From IMG/VR virus record IMGVR_UViG_3300012971_000019, positions 1 through 64,000 of that record: a stretch of 64,000 bases of DNA. One strand, 5' to 3'. The position numbers and the translations under genes are program-made. Below the pieces are notes generated by a model. The model searched no databases. It saw only the letters and a program-made list of their open reading frames with translations, and was not told the origin of the DNA. This DNA comes from a virus (taxonomy: Duplodnaviria; Caudoviricetes). Below are positions 62,416 to 64,000 of this stretch, piece after piece (position 1 is the stretch's first letter; every line of letters starts with the position of its first letter).

Positions 62416-62609
62416 TTGATGCTGTCCCACGGATTGTGCTTGGGCCTCGGCGCATCTGTAGTCGTGGGCTCAGCCGGTTTCCCGGTGGTCAGGATGATCT
62501 TGCCATCCTTCCCGATCTCAACCCGCACGATCTCCATTCCCGCTGCCTTTGCTGCTTTCAGGGCACGGGTCACGTCCTGTTGTCGAAACGTGGAAGGTCC
62601 GCGACCCAT
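62412..62609 (-). CDS. putative excisionase/RDF-like protein
   Basis: PSTFRQQDVTRALKAAKAAG..I.RVEI..DGKI...NPWD, the small gene typically coupled to this integrase type. Confidence 0.75.
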   Translation of the reverse strand: MGRGPSTFRQQDVTRALKAAKAAGMEIVRVEIGKDGKIILTTGKPAEPTTTDAPRPKHNPWDSIK

Positions 62610-62624
62610 TCCCTCACAGCCTTA

Positions 62625-62653
62625 ATATAGGGCATTTCGCCGCTATTTTCCAG
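62625..62653 (-). promoter_or_regulatory. RpoH/RpoD-like promoter CTGGAA-N16-CCTATAT for xis-int
   Basis: five-copy motif family; RBS GAGGGA then ATG 62609. Confidence 0.65.
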
Positions 62654-62683
62654 TGGGTCGAAAAGTGCAGTGTCTCCCGTCAG

Positions 62684-63052
62684 TTAACTCGCGTCATCGA
62701 TCCTGTCGTGGTCGCCCAGGCGAAGTTTCACATGGCAGTAGTCACATACGAATTTGCCATCTATGCGGGTTTCCTTCCCGCGCACCCCGAGGCGCAGGCA
62801 TCCGTCCATTTCGCAGCGATCCGGCAACAGGCGCCACGCCCATTCGGTCCAGCGCCGCCAGAACGGCTGCGGCTCGTCATCCTCGCGCAGCTCGGTGACG
62901 GCGACGGGGAGAATGTTCCAGCCGATCTGCGTCAAGTCCTGCAGTGCCATGCTGGGCTCGGTCGGCGTGATGCGATAGATCGCACCCTTGCGATCGAGCA
63001 CGACCCACGCTCGCCAGCATCGCGGCGGGAAAGGTCGGCGCGTGTGCCACAT
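62684..63052 (-). CDS. hypothetical protein with C-terminal Zn finger
   Basis: DRCEMDGC...GVRG.E...VCDYCH. Confidence 0.6.
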   Translation of the reverse strand: MWHTRRPFPPRCWRAWVVLDRKGAIYRITPTEPSMALQDLTQIGWNILPVAVTELREDDEPQPFWRRWTEWAWRLLPDRCEMDGCLRLGVRGKETRIDGKFVCDYCHVKLRLGDHDRIDDAS

Positions 63053-63057
63053 CGCTC

Positions 63058-63159
63058 CTACTCCCACATGAGCCACACCAGCACGACGACGAAGATCAGG
63101 AACGCGACCGCGACCGAAATCGCTACGAACCAATCCCGAGTGGGCTCATCGTTGTTCAT
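63058..63159 (-). CDS. 33-aa single-TM peptide (not in ORF track)
   Basis: MNNDEPTRDWFVAISVAVAFLIFVVVLVWLMWE; ATGA overlap. Confidence 0.55.
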   Translation of the reverse strand: MNNDEPTRDWFVAISVAVAFLIFVVVLVWLMWE

Positions 63160-63353
63160 CCGATCGCTCGAAAGCTGCAGCGGTCACACCGAGCGCGCAC
63201 CGAGCGGCGCGAATCCTTCCACCACGAAATCGTCCCGCCGCACGGGCATGGGCACTTGCCGCTGCCGATCAGACCCTTGCAGGCTTTGTCAACGGCCATG
63301 ATTGCCTCGACCGAGCGGTGGAAGTCTGGTTGATCGTCGAGCAGCTTCGTCAT
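63156..63353 (-). CDS. small Zn-ribbon protein
   Basis: KCPCPCGG...ARCDRC. Confidence 0.6.
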   Translation of the reverse strand: MTKLLDDQPDFHRSVEAIMAVDKACKGLIGSGKCPCPCGGTISWWKDSRRSVRARCDRCSFRAIG

Positions 63354-63628
63354 TCAGGCCTCGGCAGAAAGTTGGCGGCGGGCAGCCATCCGCTGGATTT
63401 CACGCGCCAAGCTGGCCCGCCGCCTGGCCCAACATTGCCCGTCGGGATTTCAGCGATGCAATGGTCGGGCTATTCACTTTGTCTCATCCTTTTGACGGCT
63501 TGCGAAGTTTCACCGGCATGAATAACGGGTGCTCGCTCCCGCTCGGGAGGACCGGAGCCTCGCCTTGTTGCGCCTTTTCATCGCGTGCCCGTCGCCGTCG
63601 CGGCTGCAGGTGGAACAACCCCTCCCGA

Positions 63629-63835
63629 CTACTCTTTGAACAACCTGGCACGCACGGCGCAGTCCTTTGCTTCGAGCAGCTTACGCAACGCCGTCGTGCG
63701 TTCGGGATTGCGCGGTAAGCTCTCGGTGATCTCGTGCGCCAGCTTGCAGAACGGCTCGCTGACGGTCGCCAGTTCAGGCGGCAGATGATTGAAGTCGAAG
63801 AATTGCAGCAATGGTTCTGTGTGCATCGGGTTCAT
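63629..63835 (-). CDS. helical-hairpin protein, Acb2/Tad1-hairpin-like
   Basis: LLQFF...HLP..L..VS.PF..LA...P..PE.T.ALRKLLEAKDCAVRA. Confidence 0.55.
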   Translation of the reverse strand: MNPMHTEPLLQFFDFNHLPPELATVSEPFCKLAHEITESLPRNPERTTALRKLLEAKDCAVRARLFKE

Positions 63836-63844
63836 GGTGCCTCC

Positions 63845-64000
63845 TCACGGTTTGTCCTGAAGTCCTCGTCGCGCCTCGCGCTCCAGCCGGCGCGCCAACA
63901 TCATGGCTACGTGCTGGTCTCGATAGAGCCGAGATCGATCGACAACATTGCCGTCCGAGATGAGCACGATGCTGTGCCCGCCCTCGGACGACACTGCCAC
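63845..64000 (-). CDS. partial hypothetical protein (5' end outside window)
   Basis: open frame ...HSIVLISDGNVVDRSRLYRD...QDKP-stop. Confidence 0.45.
   Translation of the reverse strand: MAVSSEGGHSIVLISDGNVVDRSRLYRDQHVAMMLARRLEREARRGLQDKP

Noticed and set aside
63354-63625. Gene or ncRNA in the 270-bp gap
   Set aside because: Only very short ORFs and no convincing structure seen.

Overview
The window is most of a high-GC temperate tailed-phage genome (prophage or free). It combines a lambda-like head module (TerS/TerL, gpW, portal, ClpP-type protease, decoration protein, gpE-type capsid) with a Mu-like contractile tail, a lysis cassette and a tyrosine integrase. Several marker proteins (RHH_4, QQVQKYE-type XRE regulators, the int/xis pair) suggest an alphaproteobacterial host, probably Hyphomicrobiales; this is inference. 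Layout: 1-577 is non-coding and highly structured; 578-14298 holds small, mostly minus-strand early genes (ArdA, an HD hydrolase) interrupted by a plus-strand accessory block (tail-accessory-like genes, BRO protein, secreted heme peroxidase); 14735-52436 holds plus-strand morphogenesis and lysis genes; 52563-64000 holds minus-strand regulators, integrase and small ORFs. I recognised no replication genes. The most striking feature is a ~9.6 kb effector array inside the head module. The portal is extended to 1780 aa and followed by three more ORFs. Seven copies of an F/W-[DE]-x-x-x-H/Q-P-R...G-x-F/W tag each precede a different domain: unknown, ADP-ribosyltransferase-like, HhH glycosylase-like, JAB, GNAT, cysteine-dioxygenase-like cupin and RelA/SpoT synthetase-like. 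Small putative immunity modules sit directly after several of these domains, and no MuF domain is visible. All family assignments come from motif recognition by eye; no database searches were run.
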